Source of the DNA: Desmophyllum pertusum
Lineage: Eukaryota
Length of the DNA: 10,000 nucleotides
Assembly (NCBI GenBank): GCA_029204205.1
Contig: MU825873.1
Coordinates: 7,126,407-7,136,406 of the forward strand
Reading direction: 5' to 3'
Under the pieces are notes generated by a model that ran no database searches, was not told the origin of the DNA, and was given only the letters and a program-made list of their open reading frames with translations. A program made the translations under genes and the position numbers. This document shows positions 1 through 7,805 of the stretch, in pieces. Every line of letters begins with the position of its first letter. Positions within the stretch are counted from its first letter, which is position 1.

Positions 1-468
1 GGTTAACTGGGTATCTTTTATTGTAACCGATCGAAGATGTATAAACTTATTGACACCTCAAATGCAGCTGTAACTGCCTGTGACATTGTGCATGTTCTGC
101 AAGGCCAACACAAGATCCTCTAACTCCCCCACATAGTATTGTTTTGCACCCCAAGAGCTGTCATTGCTTTAGGAATAATAAACCAATCAGAATCTGTCTT
201 CTGCACATATATTTGGGTGTTTTAGGGGGTAGTAGAAAGGCTGCACTTTTGCCAACCACATGGAACTGAGTAAATAACCAAAATGTCAACATTTTCAAGA
301 CAGTATATTTCTCTCCGCTTACAATCAAAATATACCTTTTTGGAGTTCGAAATGGGAAGGAAAAAACTCAGAGAATACTCAACCGCCGAAAAAGTGGACA
401 TTGAAGTCTTGGAAACGATGAACCGATCTTTTGCATTTGGAGTTCTTCGATATAGCCTAAGCTCCTAC

Positions 469-546
469 GAGTCTCCTTTAGCTCAGTGGTATCTAGCACT
501 GACCAGTGTGCAGAAGGTCACAGGTTCGACTCCTGTCCGGACTCAG
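469..546 (+). tRNA. tRNA-like Pol III unit: a tRNA pseudogene or the head of a tRNA-derived SINE. It has a degenerate cloverleaf with an expanded anticodon-loop region.
   Basis: Box A-like TAGCTCAGTGG at 480-490. Box B-like GGTTCGACTCC at 522-532, with typical A-B spacing. T-arm acagg/ttcgact/cctgt. Partial acceptor pairing gagtc...gactc. The D-stem and anticodon stem pair poorly and the anticodon loop is about 11 nt, so I cannot assign an isotype. Confidence 0.5.
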
Positions 547-548
547 GA

Positions 549-557
549 TTTTTTTTC
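549..557 (+). terminator. T9 run immediately after the tRNA-like unit, consistent with a Pol III terminator.
   Basis: ttttttttt lies 2 nt past the 3' acceptor-like end of the tRNA-like sequence. Confidence 0.4.
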
Positions 558-644
558 CGAGTAGCTCGTCACTGACTGATGAAACATACTTCCTCTTTTT
601 CATGCATTTCTCAAATTCCCGAGGTGGCTGCTTACAGGAACTTC

Positions 645-850
645 AACTATAGACAAAAATTCACTTCTTATTAGAAAAAGAACACCATTTTCGGAAAATT
701 ACACAAAAGTTCCACCCAAAGACAAGAACCAAGTTCGTCAAATGTGTACAATCAAATCAACTTCAACAAATTTAGCATATCAAGCTTATATCCTTTGGAG
801 CCAAGACTTGAAAATGCTGCATTATTTGAACAGCACTCTGCCCCAGCTCT
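645..850 (+). repeat. Copy 1 of an unclassified ~200 bp dispersed repeat. It is a direct-orientation partner of 5175-5370.
   Basis: Colinear shared blocks: tagacaaaaa..attagaaaaagaRcaccattttcggaaaa(a)ttacacaWaagttcca...ccaagacttgaaaatRctgc.tta..tgaacagcactctgccccagct. Roughly 75-80% identity by eye. Confidence 0.6.
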
Positions 851-1116
851 TATCCTCATCATTGATCTCTTCTCTTCTTCTTCATTTGCATTATTTGTGC
901 ACAGTACTGTATTGGTTCTAAATTACCATTCTTTAGCATATTCAAGTGATTGTTTTTCTAAATTTTGCAGAAAGAAAATGAGAAACTTGTTTTAAGGATA
1001 GTTGCATAGTATATAACACAAGTATGTGTACACATTTATAGATACATGCTTTGTGCAGTCATTGGTTTCTTTAAAGCATTAAGTCAACCTTGTTTTGTAT
1101 TTCTCTCTCTTACAAG

Positions 1117-1246
1117 GAACAATTTGTGGAATTTGGTGGAATTTTGAATGACAGTGAGAAAGTGCTAGATATTCAACCAGGTTCTGTTATCAACATAAAA
1201 ACAACCAAGAACTCCTACAAGGCAAAAAGTGTTGTCATCACTGTGG
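1117..1246 (+). CDS. PIPOX: Internal exon of a peroxisomal sarcosine oxidase / L-pipecolate oxidase (PIPOX/MSOX-family FAD oxidase) gene. It encodes EQFVEFGGILNDSEKVLDIQPGSVINIKTTKNSYKAKSVVITV(G) and ends in phase 1.
   Basis: Polypyrimidine tract plus AG acceptor (tctctctcttacAG|gaa, AG at 1115-1116). Donor tgg|GTAAGA at 1247. The translation aligns residue-for-residue with human PIPOX ...[39 protein letters not shown] (about 50% identity, recalled from memory). A stop codon at 1072-1074 lies upstream in frame, so the ORF-track 'M' at 1090 is a TTG, not a real start. Confidence 0.85.
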
Positions 1247-1840
1247 GTAAGACCTATATTAAAATTCTGTTATTATTATATTATTATACTTAATAATTAT
1301 TAGAAGTGGAACCGGCTAAAAGCAATAATAGAATATTCAAAAACTCATTAATAATAATTTTATTCATAAAGAAAATACAAAAGAAATTTCAAGATTCAAT
1401 TTTTTTAGCAGATCGGAGGCAGCTTAACTTCTTTCATCATCTCTAGCATGGGATTACCGTTTACACGTAAAACAAAAAAAAGACATTCACGAAAATGTAT
1501 GAAAATAGGTCTTAATGATGTCAACGTTTTCAACAACCTTAATTTCAACAAATCCATGCTAGACGTTTTGTATCAGAATGTTTTTAAATCGTTTGCATCC
1601 CTTTTATTGGCGAAAAATATAACCTTATGGTCACGTGACTTACCAAATATGGTTGTGATTTGAAAAAATTAAAGGGAGTCCTTAAATATAAAAGACATGG
1701 CAAAACATCATATCCGTATAATTGTTAGGGAGCTGAAGAAATGATGTTTAGAAGTTTTTCATAGCAACAAACTTGTAGTTTAGGTTCTCCCCCCTTAACT
1801 GTGCATGTGTTAATGTGAAGATTAGATTGTAGTAATGTAG

Positions 1841-2020
1841 ATTAGATCAGTGTAATGTAGACTATGAGGAGTCCCTCTTAGTCCATCGAGTGAGAAGCAA
1901 AATAAAACGAGGAAAGAACATGCACGGCCAATTTTTTCTTCCCGTTTTATTTCGCTTCTTGCTCAACAGACTAAAGGAAAGAGGGACTGCTCATAGTCTA
2001 GTGTAATGCAGTACTAAAAT
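1841..2020. repeat. Imperfect foldback (MITE-like hairpin). Arms are about 55-70 bp and the loop about 30 bp. The arms carry short gtaatgtaga-like subrepeats.
   Basis: Left arm tagactatgaggagtccctcttagtccatcgagtgagaagcaaaataaaacg (1858-1910). It pairs with the reverse complement of cgttttatttcgcttcttgctcaacagactaaaggaaagagggactgctcatagtcta (1943-2000). The outer extensions gtaatgtag.. also pair. Confidence 0.6.
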
Positions 2021-2479
2021 CTGTGATTACACGCATCTTCGCATTTCGGACCATTTATTTCTATTCTCATCTCGCTGTCAGAAGTCCTGAGTGAGGTTTG
2101 ACAAACAGGAGATGACAGACATCCCTTGCTTATTAGTTAACAAAAATATGGAAGAGTGAGTAACAAAAGTGGCCACATTATCTCATTTTAACAGCGTTCT
2201 GTTCTTAATCGAGATAAAAATGCATGATTGTTTACCACACCCTAAAAGATGTACATATAGGCAAGCAGTATTGTTGTGAAAAGCACTATGGAATTTCTCC
2301 ACTGCTATTTAACAAATACAACAATGCTAATTAAACTTTTAAAAACTATATATTAATTAAATTATTTTAAATATTTAAAATACATATTGTGTAATTTCAG
2401 GACTAGATCATTTATTACTTTTCTTGAAATGAAATGCAAGTATTTAATATTAATATCTTCTCCTATGTTATATCTTCAG

Positions 2480-2532
2480 GCCCTTGGGTAAACAGAGTTC
2501 TGAAACCTCTTGGTGTAACAATACCACTAAGT
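2480..2532 (+). CDS. PIPOX: PIPOX-like exon encoding (G)PWVNRVLKPLGVTIPLS. It starts in phase 1 and ends in phase 0.
   Basis: Acceptor tatcttcAG|g at 2478-2479. Donor agt|GTAAGT at 2533. The split Gly codon g(1246)+gc(2480-2481) restores the frame. The translation matches human PWTNQLLRPLGIEMPLQ. Confidence 0.8.
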
Positions 2533-2777
2533 GTAAGTTTATGATCATTTGGTTTTAAACACCAAGCTCACTACAGGTAAATTACCTTACCAACACAGAA
2601 TATAATGTTTAATATGTTTTTTCTTGTGTATTTAACAATGATAAAATATTGTCAAATAATTCTTGTCAGCGGCTCACGTAAACATTTGCTAAAATCACTC
2701 ATATATTTGTGTCTGGAGTGAAACTAGCAACAGCATTCTCAAAAAATATTTTTGCATTCCCTTTCGATTCATACAAC

Positions 2778-2867
2778 GGTAATTGTGAAGAACAGCTCCC
2801 ATCCACCGACTGTTGGTCAACTGTCGGCCAACAGTCGGTGGAGGGGAGCTGTTCTTCACAATTACCC
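2778..2867. repeat. Near-perfect palindrome with about 40 bp arms and an 11 bp centre.
   Basis: ggtaattgtgaagaacagctcccatccaccgactgttggtcaa | ctgtcgg | ccaacagtcggtggaggggagctgttcttcacaattaccc. The arms differ at one or two positions only. Confidence 0.8.
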
Positions 2868-3497
2868 ATACAACTGCATAAACAAACAGAACAGCACGAG
2901 TTGCTCAGTGACTTCCTCAAATTATTGCGCTAGCTTGAACAAAGAGTGTAGATCATTGAACACTAAACAGAAACATGACAAATTATTAAATGGACGTAAA
3001 TGGCTTCAGAATATAAACCGACGAGTCACCAAATCAAGCGGCAGCTTTTCAGCCCTTTCAGAGGACATGTACTTTTCACGTAAAAAGCCTGATCTGTGAG
3101 AATAAAGCTGACTTTTTACAATAATCGTAAATTAGCTAATGTCTAAAATCAATTCATTCAACTAAACTCAAACTTCCCATCTAAACATTCACAACCCCAG
3201 TCACCAAACGTGTATAATCCAAACTACAACAAATTTAACATACCAATAGCAAGTTGAAATTAGTCCGAGCCAAAATAACAAATCACGCTGAAATACGTTC
3301 ACAGATAACTACATCAAATTGACCGGTCACATTAATGTTTGTGGTTTCTGTGATCCAATTTTTTTTTTGTATTTTATTTGTTTTTAAAGCTTATAAGCAT
3401 AAGGCGATTGCACAAAGACATGAAATTGATATGTATTCTTCATTCGCTCTAATAATAGTCTTGGAGATAAAAGTCTGTCATTTAGTTTGTATAGGAA

Positions 3498-3640
3498 ATC
3501 GTATGAACGTGAGTGCATTTCGGGATTTTTGGGCACGAGTGATGTTTTAAAAGTTCTCAAAACTATTTGAGAACTTTTAATACAGTACATCACGAGTGAC
3601 CATAAATCCCGAAATGCACAAGCATGCAGTTCATACGATT
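3498..3640. repeat. Nested foldback: outer imperfect arms of about 48 bp enclose an inner perfect palindrome aaaagttctcaaaac/tatttgagaactttt.
   Basis: Left arm aatcgtatgaacgtgagtgcatttcgggatttttgggcacgagtgatgt. It pairs with the reverse complement of acatcacgagtgaccataaatcccgaaatgcacaagcatgcagttcatacgatt. The inner palindrome is at 3549-3578. Confidence 0.65.
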
Positions 3641-4079
3641 TTTTGTTTATAATATTCTCAACAAAATTTTGCTGCGGCCGTCACAATACTCTGCACACGA
3701 AACGCTTCATTGGTTTCCAAAGTGCTCACATGTTTTATTTACCAATCAATTACAATCTTGTGACAGGCAAACCAAGCATGAAATTTTTGAAAGAATCACA
3801 GTATTCTTGTTCAGAAAATAATTAACTTGAAAACTTATATAAAGCGGCAAAAACGTCTCAACTTGTCGGGTACCGTTTATCACAATCAGTCTTAATAACT
3901 TTACTGCTGATGTGAAGACTTTGGTGAGCTGCACTGTCCCTGGATCACATTAAATGTGACTTGACAGTTTTGAAAGTTGTTCACAGTTAACGCATGGCCG
4001 CTTGCTTGCACCTGTTCTGTGCTGGCTGAAGGAAAAGAGCACATTGGAAGACTAGCCTGCAAAACAGGCGTATATTGGG

Positions 4080-4340
4080 CGAGCGAGCGCGGAATATTCC
4101 ATTGAGTGCCCTCTTTCACTCGCCCCAACCTCTCCACGTTTTTGCGAATCCAAGATGGCGGCTAAACACTCGAAGGAGATAAACAATCACAAGCTATTGT
4201 AGCCTATAAATAGGCTTCGCGGTGGGGATGGGATAAAAAGAAAACTGCGATCCCCACCGTGGAGCCTATTCATAGGCTATCGCAAGCCCACAAACCGCCT
4301 GCATTGCAGGCTAATTGGAAGACCAGAACAGCTGCTGGAG
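4080..4340 (+). promoter_or_regulatory. CpG-rich block of about 18 CpGs in roughly 260 bp, set in AT-rich intron sequence. It contains the YY1-core-like ccAAGATGGCGGCt (4151-4164) and a TATAAATA element. It may be a promoter remnant of a mobile element or of an intronic transcript.
   Basis: Local CpG density and the named motifs can be read directly. Their function is inferred. Confidence 0.25.
4201..4278. repeat. Palindrome with about 29 bp arms. Each arm is itself a smaller palindrome centred on a TATA-like motif (agcctaTAAATAggct / agcctaTTCATAggct).
   Basis: agcctataaataggcttcgcggtggggat ... atccccaccgtggagcctattcataggct. Confidence 0.65.
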
Positions 4341-4783
4341 GCTGCAGACAGTGGCGTTTTACTGATGATGTTTGACAACTGCCGTTGTTCTTTCTCACTT
4401 ATATAGACAAAAGACAAAAGCACAAACTTTATCGCGAACTCTTGTAGCTCGGTGGCTGGACTTTCTGAATTTCTCTCCTTTCGTCTTCACTTGCAAGGAA
4501 CTCCTTGAATAATTTTAAGTCATATGAAGTTTTCTTCTTCATGTTAACATTTTCCTACTCCTCGGTGAACGATTTCATGTCGGTTTCAGTGAATTTCACG
4601 AATCTATCGCTCGGCATTTTTCAACCGGAGTTTGGCAGCTTTGCACAAAAAGCGATGCAAAAGCGGGAAATGACGTCAGCGATATCCTCACTAGTGAGGA
4701 TGTGGAAAATACGCCAGTCGGGTCCCGGATGTAGTTTCATATTAATTTTATGAGTGGTCTATTTGCCAGTAAAACACTTGTGT

Positions 4784-5017
4784 CTATGTAATAAAGTTAA
4801 TTAAAGTGCTGTAAGATTCTTTGTTGTGAAGTCCAAAAATAACATCTGTGATCTCAAAGTCCTTAATGATTTTTAGCTGGTCTCTAAACAAATTTACTAC
4901 TTCATTCCAGAAAATCTCCACTCGCGGGCAATAGAAAAAGAAGTGTTGTAAAGTTTCTATATCCGCTTTACACAGGTAGCATAAGGGAGAATTGACTTTT
5001 TTGAACTTGTAGAGCAT
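4784..5017 (-). mobile_element. 3' fragment of a non-LTR retrotransposon (LINE) ORF2. It encodes the C-terminal CCHC zinc-knuckle-like tail CYLCKADIETLQHFFFYCPRVEIFW.
   Basis: The ORF-track peptide MLYKFKKVNSPLCYLCKADIETLQHFFFYCPRVEIFWNEV... fits the Cx2Cx(6-8)ETxxHxxxxCxxxxxxW pattern typical of CR1/L2/jockey-type RT C-termini. The ORF is truncated upstream by a stop, consistent with a 5'-truncated or decayed copy. Confidence 0.5.
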
Positions 5018-5174
5018 ATCATTGATTCATAGCAGTTAAAGCCGTGGTAATTCCCATGAATATGAATGATGTAACTTGCCCTGATGCATTTGGTGTTGTC
5101 AGCAATATTTTCCTTTGCGACTAAAGATAAACAATTGATGTCCAGATGTGAATATTTTTTCCATTCCGACTAAA

Positions 5175-5370
5175 ACAGTAGACAAAAAAATCATGTCTGA
5201 TTAGAAAAAGAGCACCATTTTCGGAAAAATTACACATAAGTTCCATGCAAGGAAGACTCATTAGTTCCTCAAACGTGTATAATAAAAAATAACCACAGAA
5301 AATATAACATACATTTGCAACCAAGACTTGAAAATACTGCGTTACGTGAACAGCACTCTGCCCCAGCTTT
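5175..5370 (+). repeat. Copy 2 of the same ~200 bp dispersed repeat, lying in intron 2 next to the LINE fragment.
   Basis: Same shared blocks as 645-850. Homology stops at ...cagcactctgccccagct in both copies. Confidence 0.6.
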
Positions 5371-5590
5371 GCCAAACAAGAGCCGGGCTCTTGTGGGTCT
5401 GTCATACTTGCCTAGGCACTAACTGGATTAATTCATGCTAAAATGCTAAATATGGACCATTCAGTGGTCATGGAATGAAAGTTATTTCCAGTCTTAAAGT
5501 AGGTTTGATAAAAAAAAATTGATGTTTTAGGTCTGGGGTAGAGGTTCATATCCTCTGGGTTTCACTTGTGATTTTTCTTGTTATTTGCAG

Positions 5591-5743
5591 ATTCAGCGGA
5601 TGAGTGTTTGTTACTGGCCAGTAACTGAGGCTCGCTTGTATTCTCCTGACAAATTTCCTGGCTTCATTTTTTGTGCTCCCCTTGGAAGGAGAGACATGCA
5701 TATTTATGGATTTCCAGTATTTGAATATCCTGGTCTTATTAAG
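5591..5743 (+). CDS. PIPOX: PIPOX-like exon encoding IQRMSVCYWPVTEARLYSPDKFPGFIFCAPLGRRDMHIYGFPVFEYPGLIK. Phase 0 at both ends.
   Basis: Acceptor ttgttatttgcAG|att at 5589-5590. Donor aag|GTATGT at 5744. It aligns with human [49 protein letters not shown]. The ORF-track start at 5585 is a TTG inside the intron/exon junction. Confidence 0.85.
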
Positions 5744-6030
5744 GTATGTAAACGTCCACTAATATTAATAGTGAAGTTTATGTACCTTCTTAATAAAGTA
5801 GTCACGCCAGTCACGCTAAGGGGATTCGCAGCCAGCTTTAGCTCAGAGGGGATTTCCTAATAAATGTCATGTTGCTTGCTGAGCCAGAAATCTATCATGA
5901 CTAAGATGCCATTATTTTCTTATAGTAGGCTGGATTCAATAAAAGTTACATATTTTTGATATCATACGAAGTCTAAGTTAGATCGTGTTTTAAGAGAATT
6001 GAATCAAGTCTAAATCTTAACTTATAAGAA

Positions 6031-6076
6031 GTCGACCAAGGTCAGTCAACCAAGGTCAGTCGACCAAGGTCAGTCT
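6031..6076. repeat. 14-bp minisatellite repeated three times (gtcgaccaaggtca / gtcaaccaaggtca / gtcgaccaaggtca).
   Basis: Direct reading of the sequence. Confidence 0.8.
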
Positions 6077-6300
6077 AAGTAGCTAATTGTTTTTTTAGTC
6101 TGTGTTATACACCTTCTAAACAGGGTATACTGTAAGTGACGTTAACACATTTAGGTTGGCCAGTTTAAAGTCATGTTAGGTTACGGTTTTTGTTAAATCC
6201 TGTCTTAAAACCTTGTTTAAATATTCGGTAACCGGTCGTTCCGCCCGAAAGACGATTCACCCGACGACGATTTGTCCGGACTGAAAGATGATTCACCCGG

Positions 6301-6490
6301 CATAAATAATATTTGTAAATAAGATTTATTGGTATATCATTCTTCATTCTAAAAACTCTGCTCGTGTATAAAGCACATTATTATTATTCGTTATAAATAA
6401 GATTAAAAGTAAGACTTATATCATTATTCTTCGTTCTAAAAGCGCTACTCGCGTAAACCACAGTAAATGGATCGTATAAAGCACAGAAGC
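6301..6490. repeat. Tandem duplication of two diverged units of about 95 bp (ataaata..tatcattcttcattctaaaaactctgctcgtgtataaagcaca / ataaataag..tatcattattcttcgttctaaaagcgctactcgcgtaaaccaca). A 17-bp direct repeat gaaagaYgattcacccg is just upstream at 6247/6283.
   Basis: Direct reading of the sequence. Confidence 0.6.
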
Positions 6491-6596
6491 ACAGTAAATA
6501 GATCATTCTTTTTGGCGAATGCTTTTCCAATAGAGATATAACATTACGTGTACACGTAAAGGACAAGGATAAAGATGGATGTAATAGTACCCATAT

Positions 6597-6718
6597 GCAC
6601 ACTGCAATTTTTCAAGAAGTTATTTTAACTCCAAAAGGGGTTATTTTGAACCTAATTTATAAAGGTTCAGAATAACCCCTTTTGGAGTTAAAATAACTCC
6701 TTGAAAAATTGTGTGCAC
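6597..6718. repeat. Near-perfect foldback with about 55 bp arms and an 11 bp loop (taatttataaa).
   Basis: gcacactgcaatttttcaagaagttattttaactccaaaaggggttattttgaacc | ... | ggttcagaataaccccttttggagttaaaataactccttgaaaaattgtgtgcac. Confidence 0.8.
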
Positions 6719-7214
6719 TTACTAAAAAGAAATACATACAGAAAGAAGTGTGTGTTGGCTTCGGGTGTTACCGGTTGCTAATTTTCTCAATTATTTTAAC
6801 TTTATTTGTATTTTTATTTTATCTTATCTTTCATTCTTTTTTATAGTAATACGTATAAATATGGGGATACCTAATAATGTTTGTTGTTGTTGTTATTGTT
6901 TCCCACGTACAGGAGCGATTTGCCTGCCGTTAGTCCGTTAAACTTGTAAAATGAATATAATGTTCAGCTCCACAATTTATTATTTTAGATCTTCCCATTT
7001 TAAGCTAAGAGACTGAGTGAAGATTAATCCGAAGAAACCTGTGCCTTGCTCTCTTTTCATTCAACTTGCTAACTGAACACCATGCCAGACGTTTTGCCGC
7101 CATTTCATACAAATCATGTAATCTCGTACCCAGATGTTCTCGCTCTATGGGAGAGTAGTCTGGTAAAGTCGGTTGCGTACTCCACTCTGATTGGATTGAA
7201 AGGAAAATTTCAGA

Positions 7215-7470
7215 GCTCGAGCGCGCTGTGACAAGATCAGCACGCGCTAACTGTATGCGTAAGCTTTTGAATTTCTTTCATATGTACCGAGTTAACTTGG
7301 AAAATTTATCAGGACAATGGTTAATTCTTAGTAAAATATAGATTTTTTAAATAGATAGTTATTGTTTCTGGTGATTCAGGGAGTTTGAAGAAGTTTTTGA
7401 AAAGAAAATCTTTGTACATCTGACGCATACAAGTGGCGCGTACGCGTGATACAGCGCGCGCACTTACACC
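7215..7470. mobile_element. CpG-rich element bounded by imperfect terminal inverted repeats of about 50 bp, with an AT-rich core of about 160 bp. It may be a TIR DNA-transposon remnant or a MITE.
   Basis: Left end agctcgagcgcgctgtgacaagatcagcacgcgctaactgtatgcgtaagc. It pairs with the reverse complement of gacgcatacaagtggcgcgtacgcgtgatacagcgcgcgcacttacaccgagtcg. Confidence 0.45.
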
Positions 7471-7805
7471 GAGTCGGCGATTTCAGTTGTCAACAAATCT
7501 TGACTAAGGTCTTTTTCCGTGATCTTTTGCGCTGAGATAGATTATCTATGTTTGTAAATACCGTATCTTATCGCAGATGCAAAGCTTTTCTTGTTAGCCA
7601 TGCTGGCAGCGAGCCTGTCAGATTCACAAAATATTCAAAAAAACATGCGCACGCAGTAAGTCACATTTCTGACACATGATTGCGCAATCAAAACGGATTT
7701 TACCAGATGTTCTCTCCCAAGGGTTGAGAAGATCTGGGTGCGAGATTAACAAATCATGCTTTATTTAGATCGAACTGAAAAATCAGTTGATTTATAAATG
7801 TTATT

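Noticed and set aside
283-564. 93-aa ORF (MSTFSRQYISLRLQ...) as a protein-coding gene
   Set aside because: Its 3' third is the tRNA-like sequence (A/B boxes, T-arm) and it ends in the T9 run. It has no splice-site support and no recognisable protein features. It is an artefact of translating a Pol III-type unit.
1-1116. Searched all three plus-strand frames upstream of exon 1117-1246 for the preceding PIPOX exon (expected ...SGGV.YA.KA..AL-like peptide)
   Set aside because: No convincing candidate with splice sites was found. The upstream exon is probably outside the window or too diverged to recognise by eye, so none is reported.
1090-1293. ORF-track 'M' starts at 1090 and 5585, which would make these exons independent small genes
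   Set aside because: Both 'starts' are TTG codons lying in the polypyrimidine/acceptor region. The ORFs run through GTAAGA / GTATGT donors into intron sequence. They are internal exons of one spliced gene.
2699-2933. Overlapping ORFs on both strands sharing the peptide NCEEQLPSTDCW, which might suggest antisense gene pairs
   Set aside because: Both arise from translating the two arms of the 2778-2867 palindrome. Mirror-image ORFs are the expected artefact.
3335-3593. Overlapping plus and minus ORFs of 71 and 69 aa
   Set aside because: They sit on the nested palindrome at 3498-3640 and a T-rich tract. They have no coding signal.
4505-4753. 82-aa plus-strand ORF (MNNFKSYEVFFFMLTF...)
   Set aside because: It has no recognisable domain. 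It overlaps the CRE-like TGACGTCA / palindrome region and lies in the 3' flank of the LINE fragment. It is indistinguishable from random ORFs of this length in AT-rich DNA.
7127-7714. 14/15-nt direct repeat tacc(c)agatgttctc at 7127 and 7701, flanking the TIR element, as a possible target-site duplication
   Set aside because: An exact 13-mer recurring once within 10 kb is about what chance predicts. A 574 bp spacing with a 14-bp 'TSD' fits no known transposon class. Treated as coincidence.
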